Assembly (NCBI GenBank): GCA_016748015.1
Contig: JAAOMT010000301.1
Span: forward strand, 268,073-332,072
Origin: Geosiphon pyriformis uo1
Lineage: Eukaryota > Fungi > Glomeromycota
DNA: 64,000 bases
Reading direction: 5' to 3'
Of this stretch, positions 62,020-64,000 are shown piece after piece. The notes under the pieces were generated by a model. It was not told the origin of the DNA. It was given only the letters and a program-made list of their open reading frames with translations, and made no database searches. Position 1 is the stretch's first letter; each line of letters begins with the position of its first letter. The position numbers and the translations under genes were made by a program.

Positions 62020-62036
62020 TGGTGCTCCCTGTGAGG
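62020..62036 (+). promoter_or_regulatory. Primer-binding site TGGTGCTCCCTGTGAGG
   Basis: TGG start separated by 2 nt from the LTR end; complementary to a tRNA-like 3' end CCUCACAGGGAGCACCA. Confidence 0.8.
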
Positions 62037-62076
62037 TATAATCCTACAGAGAACCAGCACCAATCCAAATCTAAAC

Positions 62077-63722
62077 GTGGCAGAATCAGAAAATATAGGA
62101 GCAAACCATTTAGGATTTGCAAAATTCTTGTTTCAACAATACAGTCAACAATTAGGATTAAACAGTAATCATTACCCAGCCGAATCAGCCTTCAACTTTT
62201 ATGTCAATGACAGAATCACTGAATGCTTAGGAGGAACAGTTAACATTGAAGCAGCAAGAGAAAACTTTTACACAGAATTATTTCAACACACCAACTTACC
62301 AAGAAACTATAGTTTTGCACCAATAATCAGAGAAATCAATCAGACTATTAAAAAATACACTCAACAACAATTTCCCATTACCTATGCAGACAAAGATAAA
62401 GGAAGAATACAAATACCAGCAGCAACACCAAAAGGAATACAGTTACCTAGTTGGAAGAAGCACAGAGTAGAATCACCAACCACTCTATCATATCACTACA
62501 CACCTGGAAGTGCCATCAACATCTCATCAGCAGACGCATTCACCTCAAACACAACATTAACAGTTAGAAGATTCCAGTTCCAAAGCAAACAACAGAAAGA
62601 AGATTTACTAGGGCCATATGGAACATATTTTGAAAGATTTAAATTACGATCACCAACTCCATCAGGAATTTGATCGCCACTGTCTCAACCAGACTTTGGA
62701 ATTGCTACCCTGTGGGAACTATCTGAAGAAGAAGAGGAAAAAGAATTAGAAAATCAAGAATTTACTTACCAAAACCCAATTACTGAAAACCCAGAAGTTG
62801 AAACCCTGAATTTTCAAGCTCAGCAAAGTCTAAATCTAGAAAATTTGGAAATTGAAACCCCAAATCATCAAAGGCAGAACAATCCAAACCCCGAATTAAG
62901 TAATCAGCAAAACTTACCTCCGGTAATCGTCATTGATCAACTGCCAATTAATTCAGTAGCCAAACCCATACAACAGCCATTTCAACTACCACCTCAACAA
63001 CCAGTACAACAACAACCACTTCAACAGCCACCACAACAATCCAACTTAGATCCAATGGCCTACACACCAATTGCAAAACTTGACAACTTTACTGGTGAAG
63101 AAGATGACATGCAAATATGGCTGAATGACGTAAAGAAAGCCATCACTGCGAATGGATGGAATGATGCCCAAGCACCTTAAGCCATCCCATACTTTCTAAA
63201 AGACACCGCAGATGCATGGTATCAAAGTCTAACTGTCAAACCCCAAAACTTTAATGACTTTAAGACAGAATTCATAAGATATTTCAACAACAATAATAGT
63301 ATCAACAAATTAGCCAACCTTTTCACCACCATTAAACAAGGAGATACTGAAGCAGTCACCACTTATTTGAGATGCTTCCATAGAAACCTACACCAGATCC
63401 AAGCAATTCAAGCTGACTATTTTACAGCGCCACAGATTTTAAATCAATTTATTAGAGGTTTGCACAGTAACCTCCTCTAGCAAGTATGCTCAATGCATTC
63501 AGTTAACCTCTCTACTGCAGTTACACACACCAGAAATTTTGAAGCAGCTGAGTTAGAAGCCAATCATGCCCAAGCAGTAAACTTAGTAATGAATGGATCA
63601 TCTGAATTGGACTCCAAACTGAAACAATTCAGTGAGTCAATTAATCAGAAACTAGAGGGATACTTAGCTGACAATTGTGCCATATATTAAACACCACAAT
63701 AATACCATAATTCAGGAAACAT
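62077..63722 (+). pseudogene. Gypsy B gag with long N-terminal extension
   Basis: In-frame fragments 62077..62673, 62845..63180 and 63493..63690 separated by point stops. Confidence 0.85.
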
Positions 63723-64000
63723 TGTTACTGGAGGTTTTTGGTCTCTTTTCTTGAAGGTTGTTGATGTTGTTTTGCTGTTAATTCACGACTAAAGGAAGTA
63801 GTTGAACCTTCGATAACTGAATTTATCTTCAAATTATCTCCTATAATTTGAACCGCTGGGCTTATAAGTGGAATGGCCAATTCCGTGCCAGTTACTTTAT
63901 GTAATTACGTTGTAGTAAACGTCAACTCTTTCCCAGGAATTGCTCGTCTGGAAGCTCACTAAAAATGTGTAGTTACTTTGCTGTGAAAGTCAACTCTTCT
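63723..64000. mobile_element. Probable end of a third LTR element inserted in gypsy B gag
   Basis: Gag homology stops abruptly at a new TGTTAC (63723) and strand composition flips from A/C-rich to T-rich. Confidence 0.55.

Larger units (their letters stand above)
61185..63722 (+). mobile_element. Ty3/gypsy element B (5' LTR, PBS, gag) inserted in antisense into the RT of gypsy A
   Basis: LTR TGTTAC(61185)...GTAACA(62017); PBS; capsid-like gag PIAKLDNFTGEEDD..WL..AIPYFLKDTADAWY..IKQG..LNQFIRGL. Confidence 0.9.

Overview
Eukaryotic, intron-rich, AT-rich fungal DNA. Gene style and TE proteins suggest Glomeromycotina/Mucoromycota; the TE proteins resemble repeats I recall from Geosiphon pyriformis (inference, not verified). 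There are two compartments. (1) About 3.1-23.7 kb is a gene island: FBP1, an HMT1/ABCB6-type ABC half-transporter, a TPR protein, a HINT3-like HIT hydrolase, a Zn2Cys6 transcription factor and a BTB/POZ protein, plus a MATA-HMG relic and a possible RecQ-like relic. (2) 1-2.9 kb and about 23.9-64 kb are nested TEs: four LINEs (three full-length, with RNase H), ORF1-only non-autonomous elements that share the LINE structured 3' tail (HAL1-like), two Ty3/gypsy elements, a probable third LTR, and extremely AT-rich tracts. Part of the AT-rich DNA aligns by eye to the LTR, PBS and gag of the better-preserved gypsy at 61-63 kb when C>T and G>A changes are allowed, indicating RIP-like hypermutation. 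The best candidates for new biology are the LINE plus ORF1-only satellite system with a shared 3' RNA structure and AUGA stop-start coupling, the RIP-like C>T process, and an extra ORF between integrase and PPT in the gypsy element.
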